DNA of 30,206 bases from the NCBI GenBank assembly GCA_964247195.1, contig CAXTTP010000001.1, forward strand, positions 1-30,206, written 5' to 3'. The notes beneath the pieces were generated by a model, which was not told the origin of the DNA, did not search any database, and saw nothing but the letters and a program-made list of their open reading frames with translations. The translations under genes were made by a program, and so were the position numbers. The DNA comes from an uncultured Sphingomonadaceae bacterium (GTDB taxonomy: Bacteria; Pseudomonadota; Alphaproteobacteria; Sphingomonadales; Sphingomonadaceae). Positions 16,193-25,081 of the stretch are shown piece by piece. The stretch's first letter is position 1. Each line of letters starts with the position of its first letter.

Positions 16193-18079
16193 ATGACGAC
16201 CCTCACCGGAGCTGCACCCGAGACCCGTTCGTTCGAAGCCGATGTCGCCAAGCTGCTGCATCTGATGGTGCACTCGGTCTACTCGGACAAGGACGTCTTC
16301 CTCCGCGAGCTCATCTCCAATGCCGCCGACGCGTGCGAGAAGCTGCGCTACGAGGCCTTGGCCAGCCCCGTCCTGCTCGGGGAGGACGGCCAGCCGCGCA
16401 TCACCGTGACGCTCGATGCCGACAGCCGCCAGCTCACCATAGAAGACAATGGCATCGGCATGAGCGGGGCCGAGCTGTCCGAAGCGCTCGGCACGATCGC
16501 GCGCTCCGGCACCAAGGCGTTCATGGACACGATCACCGCCGCCAAGGACGCGGAGGGCAGCCATTTGATCGGCCAGTTCGGCGTCGGCTTCTATTCGGCA
16601 TTCATGGTCGCGGACAGGATCGACGTGGTCTCGCGCCGCGCCGGCTCCGATGCTGCGGCGATGTGGTCCTCCGAAGGGATGGGCACCTACACGATCCGGC
16701 CGGCCGACATCGCCGATGCGCCGGCGCGCGGCACCCGCGTGCTGCTGCACCTGAAGGAGGATGCCGCGGGCTATACCGAAGCCTTCACGGTGGAGCGCAC
16801 GATCAAGGCGCAGTCCGGCCACGTGCCGGTGCCGATCTTCCTGAAGGACAAGGCGGACGCCGAGGCGAAGCAGATCGCGGACGGCGCCGCGCTGTGGACG
16901 AAGCCCAGGTCCGAGATCAGCGCCGACGAGTATAAGGATTTCTACCGGAGCGCCGCCGGGCAATATGACGATCCCGCGCTGACGCTCCATTACCGCGCCG
17001 AGGGCCGGCACGAATATACCGTGCTGGCCTTCGTGCCCGAGACCAAGCCGTTCGACCTGTTCGATGCCGATCGCGCGGGCCGGATGAAGCTCTACGTCCG
17101 CCGCGTGTTCATCACCGACGAGGCCCAGATCGTGCCGCGCTATCTGCGCTTCGTGCGCGGGCTGGTCGATTCGAGCGATCTGCCGCTCAACGTCTCGCGC
17201 GAGATGATCCAGGAGAGCCCGGTACTCGCCGCCATACAGACGGGCGTCGCCAACCGCATCCTGTCCGAGCTGGAGAAGCTCTCGACCGGCGACACCGAGC
17301 GCTACCTGAAGGTATGGGACAATTTCGGCGCGGTGCTCAAGGAGGGCCTCTACGAGGATTTCGCCCGGCGCGAGACGTTGCTCGGCCTCGCCCGCTTCAA
17401 GACGACGGCGTCTGATGCCGAATGGCGTTCGCTGAAGGACTATGCCGCCGGCCTCAAGGAGAACCAGACCGCGATCTATTATGCGACCGGCAACGACCTC
17501 GACCGGCTTGCCTCCTCGCCGCAGCTCGAAGGCTTCCGCGCACGCGGGATCGAGGTGCTGCTGCTGGCCGATCAGGTCGACAGCTTCTGGGTCACTTCGG
17601 GCGTCGACTATGATGGCAAGCCGCTCAAGTCGGTCACGCAGGGGCTCGCCGACCTGAGCCTGATCCCGTTGGCGGAAGGGCAGGAGACGGGCGCCGTCGC
17701 ATCGGATGCGGTCAACGGCTTCATCGCTTTCGTGAAGGCGACGCTGGGCGACGCGGTCTCGGATGTCCGGGTCTCCGAACGCCTGACCGAGAGCGCGGTG
17801 TGCCTCGTGGCGTCAGAGCATGGCATGGACCGCCAGCTCGAGAAGCTGCTCGCGGGCGCCGGCCGGCTCGACGCGGCTGCGAAACCGGTGCTCGAGATCA
17901 ATCCTCGTCATGCCCTCATCACCAAGCTCGGCGAGATGCCGGATGGCGACCGGTCGCTACGAGAGGACGCCGCGCACCTTCTGTTCGACGAAGCCCGCAT
18001 CGCCGACGGCGAACTGCCGCTCGACCCACGGGCCTTCTCGGCGCGGCTGACACGGATATTGGGTCGCGGTCTCGGCTGA
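16193..18079 (+). CDS. htpG: Chaperone HtpG (Hsp90)
   Basis: FEADVAKLLHLMVHSVYSDKDVFLRELISNAADA, IEDNGIGM, GTIARSGTK, IGQFGVGFYSAF, KLYVRRVFI, DLPLNVSREMIQ, LEINPRHALI. True start MTTLTG at 16193. Confidence 0.97.
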   Translation: MTTLTGAAPETRSFEADVAKLLHLMVHSVYSDKDVFLRELISNAADACEKLRYEALASPVLLGEDGQPRITVTLDADSRQLTIEDNGIGMSGAELSEALGTIARSGTKAFMDTITAAKDAEGSHLIGQFGVGFYSAFMVADRIDVVSRRAGSDAAAMWSSEGMGTYTIRPADIADAPARGTRVLLHLKEDAAGYTEAFTVERTIKAQSGHVPVPIFLKDKADAEAKQIADGAALWTKPRSEISADEYKDFYRSAAGQYDDPALTLHYRAEGRHEYTVLAFVPETKPFDLFDADRAGRMKLYVRRVFITDEAQIVPRYLRFVRGLVDSSDLPLNVSREMIQESPVLAAIQTGVANRILSELEKLSTGDTERYLKVWDNFGAVLKEGLYEDFARRETLLGLARFKTTASDAEWRSLKDYAAGLKENQTAIYYATGNDLDRLASSPQLEGFRARGIEVLLLADQVDSFWVTSGVDYDGKPLKSVTQGLADLSLIPLAEGQETGAVASDAVNGFIAFVKATLGDAVSDVRVSERLTESAVCLVASEHGMDRQLEKLLAGAGRLDAAAKPVLEINPRHALITKLGEMPDGDRSLREDAAHLLFDEARIADGELPLDPRAFSARLTRILGRGLG

Positions 18080-18135
18080 ACGATTAGCGCCGCTTTCCCT
18101 CGCCGATGCACAGGGGCGCCCGTCTCGTGGGACCT

Positions 18136-18279
18136 TCAGGCGCTGCGGAGTTCCTCCTCGGCCCGACGCCAACCATGGGTCCAGGCCTTGGCCGACTCGT
18201 CGTCCGTATATGGACAATCCGAAACCGGTATATTGTCCATGTAGGCGTCCCTGCCTTCTTCCGCTTTGTCGTCCGTCAT
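18136..18279 (-). CDS. 47-aa Rmf/CrpP-fold-like small protein
   Basis: MTDDKAEEGRDAYMDNIPVSDCPYTDDESAKAWTHGWRRAEEELRSA; RBS GGAG 7 nt upstream. The pattern G..A.......CPY......W..GW..A matches ribosome modulation factor. Confidence 0.68.
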   Translation of the reverse strand: MTDDKAEEGRDAYMDNIPVSDCPYTDDESAKAWTHGWRRAEEELRSA

Positions 18280-18367
18280 CGTTGGTCTCCATGCTTCCGG
18301 CCAAGCATATAGGGGGCAAGGCGGGAAGGCGACAGGCGCAGCAGGCAAATCGAGACAATCCCGCAGC

Positions 18368-19912
18368 TTAGGTATGGTCCGGCGCATCCGCGCGCGCGTG
18401 GAGACGGGCGTCGCGAGGATGGTGCAGGTTGGTGGTGAGCCGCTTGGCCTCGGCCTCGCCGCGCAATGCGCCCAGTCGGCGGGGTGCCAAGGCCAATGCC
18501 GCATCGAAAGCGTTCAGCGCCTCCCGGGGCTTTCCCGCACCGAGGTATAGCTCACCCAGCTGCTCGCGGGCGGGGACGATCGGTCCTGGTGTGAGGGGAA
18601 GCTTCTCGAGCCCGTCCTCTTCGTCCGCAGCCGCCGTCATCGTCGTCACGGCGGAAGCGCTGTTGCCCGCAGCAGCGAACCGCCAAGCCTGTGCCGACTT
18701 GAGGAGGGCGTCCACCTGCGCCATCCAGTAATTGTCGTTCGCCGCGCGCAATGCCTCGCGGCAAGCCTGAAGTTCGCCGATGTCTGCCTCGGCCGAACTG
18801 GGCGTCGCCGCCCGCAGCTTGCCGAGCGCACGGGCCCACCACACGTTCGCCGCCACCTGGGGCGCGGAGCCAGGCATCGTCGTGAGCCGGGCGGCGGTCG
18901 TCCAGTCCCGCGTTTCGATCGCCAGCCGCACGGGCATCGCGTTGCCGGCATAGCCGATCTTGAAGCCTGCGCCGGAAAGGCCGGTCATGGCTTTGAGGTC
19001 GGCCACTATGGCCGACGCGTCGGCGAGCCGGCCACGCTGCAGGTAGGCGTAGGTCAGATAGTCCATGGCGTGCAGCTCTTCGCCGACATCGCCCTGCGCG
19101 CGAGCGGCCTCGCGTGCCGCAATGTTCGACGCGATCGAATCATCCCACAGGCCGAGCCGCGTGAAGATGTGGGAGGGCATATGCAGCGCATGGGGAGCAG
19201 AGGGCGCGATGGTCGCATATCGGCGTGCCGCGGGCAGGCCGCGCTGCGCCAGCTCGGCGCTGTCATAGGCGTGGATGAGATAGTGCGGCACACCCGGGTG
19301 ATCGGGCTGGCGCTGCCAGATCGGCTCCAGGATGTCGGCGGCACGCTTCTGGCGCGCGTGCGTGTGATCGGACGGTGGCGCGGTCGCGATCAGCGATAGC
19401 GCGTAGAACGTCGCGATCTCGTCGTCCTTCGGATAGTCGTGCGCCATCGCTGCCATCGCATCCGAATAGCGCAGCGCGCGTGTGGCTGCCGGCACCTGGC
19501 TCGCATCGGCATAATAAGCGCCCAGCGCCGCGATGAGCGCGCGTTCGCGCGGCGTGCCCGTCGTCATGGCCTCGGCCTGCTCGATCTCGGCGACACCGCC
19601 AGCAAGCCCGGCGCCGACCGGCACGTCCCATAGCTGGTGGTAATGGGTCATTGCCCGGCCCCAGTGCGCCATCGCGCAACTCGGGTCGCGGCTGGCGACA
19701 TCGGCGAAGCCCTTGTCGGCTTCGTCATAGGCGAAGGAATGCAGCAGCGCGACGGCACGATCGAATGCCGGCGTCACCGACAGGGCGCAACTCGTTTCCA
19801 GGTGAGCCGTACCGAGATGCTCGGGTGCGGGATGATGATGGTGCTCCTCCTGCGCCCCGAGCGAACTCGCGAGAGCCAGAAGGATTGGAGCGAGTGCCAA
19901 GTGCCTTTTCAT
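18368..19912 (-). CDS. Exported TPR-like helical repeat protein, His-rich
   Basis: Signal peptide MKRHLALAPILLALASSLGA followed by QEEHHHH; helical repeats; HPGVPHYLIHAYD, APHALHMPSHIFTRLG.W, ELHAMDYLTYAYLQ; C-terminal TPR (AREQLGELYL...ALNAFDAAL). Confidence 0.78.
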   Translation of the reverse strand: MKRHLALAPILLALASSLGAQEEHHHHPAPEHLGTAHLETSCALSVTPAFDRAVALLHSFAYDEADKGFADVASRDPSCAMAHWGRAMTHYHQLWDVPVGAGLAGGVAEIEQAEAMTTGTPRERALIAALGAYYADASQVPAATRALRYSDAMAAMAHDYPKDDEIATFYALSLIATAPPSDHTHARQKRAADILEPIWQRQPDHPGVPHYLIHAYDSAELAQRGLPAARRYATIAPSAPHALHMPSHIFTRLGLWDDSIASNIAAREAARAQGDVGEELHAMDYLTYAYLQRGRLADASAIVADLKAMTGLSGAGFKIGYAGNAMPVRLAIETRDWTTAARLTTMPGSAPQVAANVWWARALGKLRAATPSSAEADIGELQACREALRAANDNYWMAQVDALLKSAQAWRFAAAGNSASAVTTMTAAADEEDGLEKLPLTPGPIVPAREQLGELYLGAGKPREALNAFDAALALAPRRLGALRGEAEAKRLTTNLHHPRDARLHARADAPDHT

Positions 19913-20213
19913 CGAAGCTTCCCCCGCCGCCGACGCCACCGGATGACGCTGAACGACCGATGGCGTCTCGGCAAGCTTCTCTACCTTTCACTCGCCCGAG
20001 CCCGGAAGCCTGCGCCGCGCCCGGCCCGCCACAGCCTCGCAATGCGGCCGTGGACGCTGGATACTCCCGGCGGCAGCTTGACGGAGGTGAGGCCTACATC
20101 CGGACATTCGCAGCCCTCCTCGGCCTGTCCTCGCTACCGGATGGAAAATCGCCATGTTTACCGCTCGTTGAGCAATACGCCGTAGGCGGGTTCGCTGATC
20201 GAGGGCGAACCGC

Positions 20214-21872
20214 ATGACGATTGCCAGCAGCTTGAGAGACGTTGTCCGGGCGCTGCAACCGAGAAGCGCGGCGCTGCCCGAAATGGCGACTGCCGTCCTG
20301 ATCCTCGATGAGGATCGCCACGTCGAATATGTCAACGCGAGTGCCGAGGCGCTGTTCGTGCCGGTCGATCCGATCGGCTGCACGCTGACGGCGTTGTTCA
20401 CCAGCTGTGGTGCTACCGGCGGCGACGACGTGTTCGCGGCCGTCGACGGCGGCACGCAACCCGACCCGATGCGCCTGAAGCTTGCCGACGATCGGCTGCT
20501 GGATTGCACGCTGCGCTCGCTGTCGAGCGGCGGCTTCGTGCTCAGCATGGATGATGTCACGACCTACGTGCGCAATGCCGAGCTGGCCGAGCGGGATGCC
20601 CTGACCGGCCTGGCCAACCGCAAGGCGCTGCGGGATCGCCTGCAGGAACGGCTCGCCGCCGCGGCGAGGACCAGCGAGGCGACGGCAGTCCTCTATGTCG
20701 ACCTCGATCGGTTCAAGGCGGTGAACGACTCCTTGGGCCATCCCGTCGGCGACGCACTGCTCCGTAAAGTCGCCGAGCGGTTCAAGAGCGCGCTTCGCGA
20801 CGGCGACGTCGTCGCGCGCCTTGGGGGCGACGAGTTCGCGGTCGTCCAGTCCGACGCACCGCAGCCCGCCGCGGCAACCGCGCTCGCGACGCGCCTGGTC
20901 GATCTGATCGGTCGCGCCTATGCGATCGAGGGTCATATGCTGCACATCGGCGCCAGCGTCGGGATCGCGATCGCGCCCGACGACGGCTACGAGCCGGACG
21001 TCCTGCTGAAAAACGCGGATCTCGCGCTCTATCGGGCGAAGGCCGATGGCCGGGGCTGCTACCGCTTCTTCGAGCCGGGGATGGACGAGCGCATGCAGGC
21101 GCGGCGATCGATGGAGATCGATCTGCGTCGCGCACTCGCGCTCAAGCAGTTGCAGCTCGTCTATCAGCCGAAGTTCGATGTCGCCTCCAACGCGATCGCC
21201 GGTTTCGAGGCGCTGATCCGCTGGAACCACCCCACCCGCGGCATCGTGGCTCCCGGAGAGTTCATCACGCTTGCCGAGGAGATCGGGGTCATCACCGCGA
21301 TCGGCGAATGGGTGCTGCGCACCGCCTGCAAGCAAGCCGCGAGCTGGCCGGAATCCGTGTCTCTCGCCGTCAATCTCTCGCCCGCGCAATTCCGTGGCGG
21401 GAAGCTGCTGGAAACGGTGATCTCGGCGCTCGCCCAGTCGCAGCTACGGCCGGAGCGCCTGGAACTCGAGATCACGGAAGGTGCCCTGCTCGACAACACC
21501 GACATGGTCATGGACGTGCTGACCCGGCTGAGGAGCCTCGGCGCATCCATATCGATGGACGATTTCGGGACCGGCTATTCCTCGCTTGGCTACCTTCAGA
21601 AGTTCCCGTTCGACAAGATCAAGATCGACCAGAGCTTCATCCGCGACATCGACGCCCATGCCGACCGGCAGGCGATCGTCCGCGCCGTGATCAGCCTGGC
21701 GGCGACGCTGGGCATGAAGACGATCGCGGAAGGCGTCGAGACCGACGCCGAGCTTGCCTGTATCCGCGCCGAGGGCTGCGACGAGGTGCAAGGGTATCTG
21801 ACCGGCCGGCCGATGTCGCCGGAGGCGGCGGCGGCGCTGCTCGCACCCGAACGATTGGCCTTAGCTTCCTGA
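20214..21872 (+). CDS. PAS-GGDEF-EAL diguanylate cyclase/phosphodiesterase
   Basis: N-terminal PAS-like (VLILDEDRHVEYVNASAEALF); DALTGLANR, DLDRFKAVND, RDGD..RLGGDEF; GFEALIRW, VNLSPAQF, DDFGTGYSSL, KIKIDQSF, AEGVET, QGYL. Confidence 0.93.
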   Translation: MTIASSLRDVVRALQPRSAALPEMATAVLILDEDRHVEYVNASAEALFVPVDPIGCTLTALFTSCGATGGDDVFAAVDGGTQPDPMRLKLADDRLLDCTLRSLSSGGFVLSMDDVTTYVRNAELAERDALTGLANRKALRDRLQERLAAAARTSEATAVLYVDLDRFKAVNDSLGHPVGDALLRKVAERFKSALRDGDVVARLGGDEFAVVQSDAPQPAAATALATRLVDLIGRAYAIEGHMLHIGASVGIAIAPDDGYEPDVLLKNADLALYRAKADGRGCYRFFEPGMDERMQARRSMEIDLRRALALKQLQLVYQPKFDVASNAIAGFEALIRWNHPTRGIVAPGEFITLAEEIGVITAIGEWVLRTACKQAASWPESVSLAVNLSPAQFRGGKLLETVISALAQSQLRPERLELEITEGALLDNTDMVMDVLTRLRSLGASISMDDFGTGYSSLGYLQKFPFDKIKIDQSFIRDIDAHADRQAIVRAVISLAATLGMKTIAEGVETDAELACIRAEGCDEVQGYLTGRPMSPEAAAALLAPERLALAS

Positions 21873-21883
21873 GGAGAACTGGG

Positions 21884-22327
21884 ATGTCCGACGATCTCTA
21901 CCGACTGGTCTATTACAGCCGCAACGCCATCGCCGGCGACAGCGCGGCATTGGCGAGCGCGATCACCTCGATCCTGGCGAAGAGTCAGGCCAACAACCAG
22001 AAGGTCGGCGTCACCGGCGCGCTCATGTTCAACTCGGGCTGTTTCGCCCAGGTGCTCGAGGGCGCGCGATCCGCTGTCGAAGAGGTGTTCGAGCGCATCC
22101 AGCAGGACGAGCGCCATGGCGACGTCTCGCTGCTGGCGTTCGATCCGGCACCTGCGCGGGCGTTCGAGAACTGGTCGATGGGCTTCGTCGGCGCGTCTGT
22201 CGACGATGCGGCGCGCTACGGCACGCTCGTGCAGGACAGCGGGTTCGATCCTGCGCGGATGACCGGCGAGGCGCTGTTCGAGACGCTGCACAGGCTTGCG
22301 CTGGAAGAAGAGCGCACCGCCGCGTAG
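21884..22327 (+). CDS. Stand-alone BLUF blue-light photoreceptor
   Basis: LYRLVYYS (Tyr), SQANNQKVGVTGALMF, FAQVLEG (Gln), RIQQDERH, RAFENWSM (Trp/Met). The RBS GAGGAG overlaps the stop of the upstream gene. Confidence 0.93.
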   Translation: MSDDLYRLVYYSRNAIAGDSAALASAITSILAKSQANNQKVGVTGALMFNSGCFAQVLEGARSAVEEVFERIQQDERHGDVSLLAFDPAPARAFENWSMGFVGASVDDAARYGTLVQDSGFDPARMTGEALFETLHRLALEEERTAA

Positions 22328-22377
22328 CCCATGCCATGCGATCCGCACGCGATCGAATGGCGAGGCGGCGCCGCCGA

Positions 22378-24954
22378 TCAGCCCTGATAGGAGAGCCGGC
22401 GCAGTTCCTGGACGGAGTTCGTGCCGCCCCGGCTTAGAATATGGCTGAACGCCGCCTCGCCCTTGGGCTCGCTGAAAAGGTAGCCCTGAAGGTGGGTGCA
22501 GCCGAGCGCGATAAGCATTTCCATCTGCTCGGCGGTCTCGACGCCTTCGGCGACGATGCCCATGCCAAGCGTCTGGCCAAGCCCGACGACCGCCTCGATG
22601 ATCGCCTTGGCAGCCGGCGTCGTCGCCATCTTGCGCACGAACGAGCGATCCACCTTCACCTTGTCGAACGGGAATCGCTCGAAATAGCTCAACGATGAAT
22701 AGCCGACGCCGAAGTCGTCGAGGAGGATTTGAACGCCGAGCGACCGCAGCTCGCTCAAGACTCGAAACGTGTTTTCCACGTCCCGGATCAACAGACCTTC
22801 CGTAACCTCGAGTTGGAGGCGGTTGGGGGGCAGTGCGGAAGCGCTCAGGACATTCCTGACCGTCTCGACGAGATCGTGGCTTTCGAACTGCAATGGCGAC
22901 AGATTGACGGCAATCCGCAGATCCTGCCGCCAGGCCGCGGCAGCGTTGCAGGCCGCGGCCATGACGTGACTGCCGAGCGGCACGATCAGCCCGCATTCTT
23001 CCGCGATGCCGATGAAGATCTCGGGGCTGATCGGACCGAATTCCGGATGCGTCCAGCGTGCGAGCGCTTCGAAGCTGGTGACCTGCCCCGTCATCGACGA
23101 GATGACAGGCTGGTAGACGAGGTGGATCTGGCCGCATTCGATGGCGTGGCGGAGGTCCCGCTCGAGCACGCGGCGCTCCCTGGCCGCCTGGTCCATCTCG
23201 TCGTTGAAGAAGCAGATGGTGCCTCGGCCCTTCGCCTTGGCACGGTAGAGCGCAAGGTCGGCTGCATTGCGCAGTTGCTCCACCGTGACGCCATCGTCCG
23301 GCGAGATGACGACGCCGACGCTCGCTCCGGCATGAACCACGAAGTGGGAGACCTCATAGGGTTCGCCGAGGGAGGCGACGACCTCGTCGGCAATGTGGCG
23401 CGCGCGCTCCATCGGGTCTTCGGCGACCGCGACGATGGTGAACTCGTCCCCGCCGATCCGTGCAACGAAATCCTCGTCGCCGATTATCCGGCGCAGCCGA
23501 TTGGCGACTTCGATCAGCAACTGGTCGCCCGCGAGATGGCCGAACTGGTCATTGACCGCCTTGAACCGATCGAGATCGATCGTGAGGACGGCAAGCGATT
23601 GCCCGGCATCGACCTGCGTCGCCAACCGCTCGACGAAGCTCGAGCGATTGGCGATGCCCGTAAGCGAGTCGTGGAGTGCCAGGTGAAGGACACGCGCCTC
23701 CGTCCGGCGGAGCTCCGTCACATCTTCGCTGAGGCCGAGTATGTATTTCCGGCGTGCTTCCGGCGCGTCGATCACGACGCGCTTGGTCCGCAATCTGACC
23801 GCGCGGCCGTCCGGGCGCGTGAACTCGCTTTCATGGGATTCGACGCCGGCCGAGTTCAGAACGCTCGTGTCGCGCTCGTGATAAGAATTGCCGCCAGCGA
23901 ACAGATCAGCGTCCGTCCGACCGACTATTTCGGTGGCCGCCTTGCCGATGATGTCCTCACCCGCCTTGTTCAGCAGCAGATACTCGCGCGTCGCGGCATC
24001 CTTCACGAATAGCATCGCGGGAATGTGGGTGACGATCGAGGTGAGGAAGAGGCGCGCATCGGCCAGGTCGCGTTCCAGTGCCTTCCTCGAGGAGACGTCG
24101 CGCACGATCGCGGCGAAGCCGCCGCCATTCTGATCGCGATTGTCGTTCCAGCGCGCCAGCGAAAGCTCGATTGGAAACTCCTCGCCTGACGCACGACGCG
24201 CGGCGAGCTCCACGGTCGTTCCGATCAAATGGGTTTTGCCACCGCCCACCGCCCGGGCGAAGCCGCGGTGATGCGCCTGCGCGAGGCCCAGCGGAAGGAT
24301 GAGATCGAGCGTCGAGCCGATCGCCGAGGCGGCGGGGTGGCCGAACATCTGCTCTGCGGCAATGTTCCAGAAGGTGATGACGCCGTCGCGTCCAACGGCG
24401 AGCACCGCGTCCGACGTGGCACTGACCACCTTGGCCGCGATCTCAGACTGCAGGCGCGCCTTGCGCGCCTCGATGCGTTCGACGGCAAGTGCCGCCAGGT
24501 CCTGCAAAGCCTGCCGCTGCGCTGCCGATAGCGGCTGCCGCGTGATGCTGTCGAAGACGCACAGCGTACCGAGGCAATGACCTGTCTCGACGATCAGTGG
24601 CGCGCCGGCATAGAAGCGTATCCCACCCTCGGCGGTGACGAGAGGATTGTCGGCGAAGCGTGCATCCTCGGTCGCGTCGGTTACCTCGAGGAACTCGCCG
24701 GAGGCGACGGCATGCGAACAGAACGCCTGGCTGCGCGGCGTCTCGGTGAACGGGATGCCGGTGCGCGCCTTGAACCATTGCCGCCGATCATCGACGAGGC
24801 TGATGGCGGAACTCGGCACCGCGAGGACGAGCGCCGCCAGCCGCGTGATCTCGTCGAACTCCGGCTCCGGCGCCGTATCCAGCACCGCATAGCTGGCGAG
24901 TGCTTGCAGCCGCTCTTCTTCGGACTCGCTTGTTTCGTGCATCGTTGAGGTCAC
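22378..24954 (-). CDS. GAF-PAS-PAS-GGDEF-EAL diguanylate cyclase/phosphodiesterase
   Basis: GAF (EEERLQAL..Y.VLDT.PE..FD, FCSHAV, NPLV, RFYAGAPL); two PAS domains; HDSLTGIANR, RIGGDEF; FEALARW, DDFGVGYSSL. Alternative start ATG 24942. Confidence 0.92.
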   Translation of the reverse strand: MTSTMHETSESEEERLQALASYAVLDTAPEPEFDEITRLAALVLAVPSSAISLVDDRRQWFKARTGIPFTETPRSQAFCSHAVASGEFLEVTDATEDARFADNPLVTAEGGIRFYAGAPLIVETGHCLGTLCVFDSITRQPLSAAQRQALQDLAALAVERIEARKARLQSEIAAKVVSATSDAVLAVGRDGVITFWNIAAEQMFGHPAASAIGSTLDLILPLGLAQAHHRGFARAVGGGKTHLIGTTVELAARRASGEEFPIELSLARWNDNRDQNGGGFAAIVRDVSSRKALERDLADARLFLTSIVTHIPAMLFVKDAATREYLLLNKAGEDIIGKAATEIVGRTDADLFAGGNSYHERDTSVLNSAGVESHESEFTRPDGRAVRLRTKRVVIDAPEARRKYILGLSEDVTELRRTEARVLHLALHDSLTGIANRSSFVERLATQVDAGQSLAVLTIDLDRFKAVNDQFGHLAGDQLLIEVANRLRRIIGDEDFVARIGGDEFTIVAVAEDPMERARHIADEVVASLGEPYEVSHFVVHAGASVGVVISPDDGVTVEQLRNAADLALYRAKAKGRGTICFFNDEMDQAARERRVLERDLRHAIECGQIHLVYQPVISSMTGQVTSFEALARWTHPEFGPISPEIFIGIAEECGLIVPLGSHVMAAACNAAAAWRQDLRIAVNLSPLQFESHDLVETVRNVLSASALPPNRLQLEVTEGLLIRDVENTFRVLSELRSLGVQILLDDFGVGYSSLSYFERFPFDKVKVDRSFVRKMATTPAAKAIIEAVVGLGQTLGMGIVAEGVETAEQMEMLIALGCTHLQGYLFSEPKGEAAFSHILSRGGTNSVQELRRLSYQG

Positions 24955-25081
24955 TACAGGGACGCCTGCTGTCTAGACTGGCAGCCTAGCTGCGGCGCCG
25001 TTTCAGAGCGGTTAAGCCCGGGCATCGCGGTTCGATGCGCGAAGCTACCCAAAGAAGCGGGCTCCATCACAGGCGCGGGAG

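Noticed and set aside
5417-19912. Eukaryote-like Hsp90 co-chaperone set (AHSA1-like SRPBCC, HtpG, TPR protein)
   Set aside because: The SRPBCC gene is 10 kb away in an ordinary ArsR pair, the TPR protein has a signal peptide and HtpG is cytoplasmic, and HtpG lacks a C-terminal MEEVD motif.
20143-20169. ECF-like promoter GGAAA-N18-CGTT before the PAS-GGDEF-EAL gene
   Set aside because: Mismatch plus off-consensus spacing; not distinguishable from chance.
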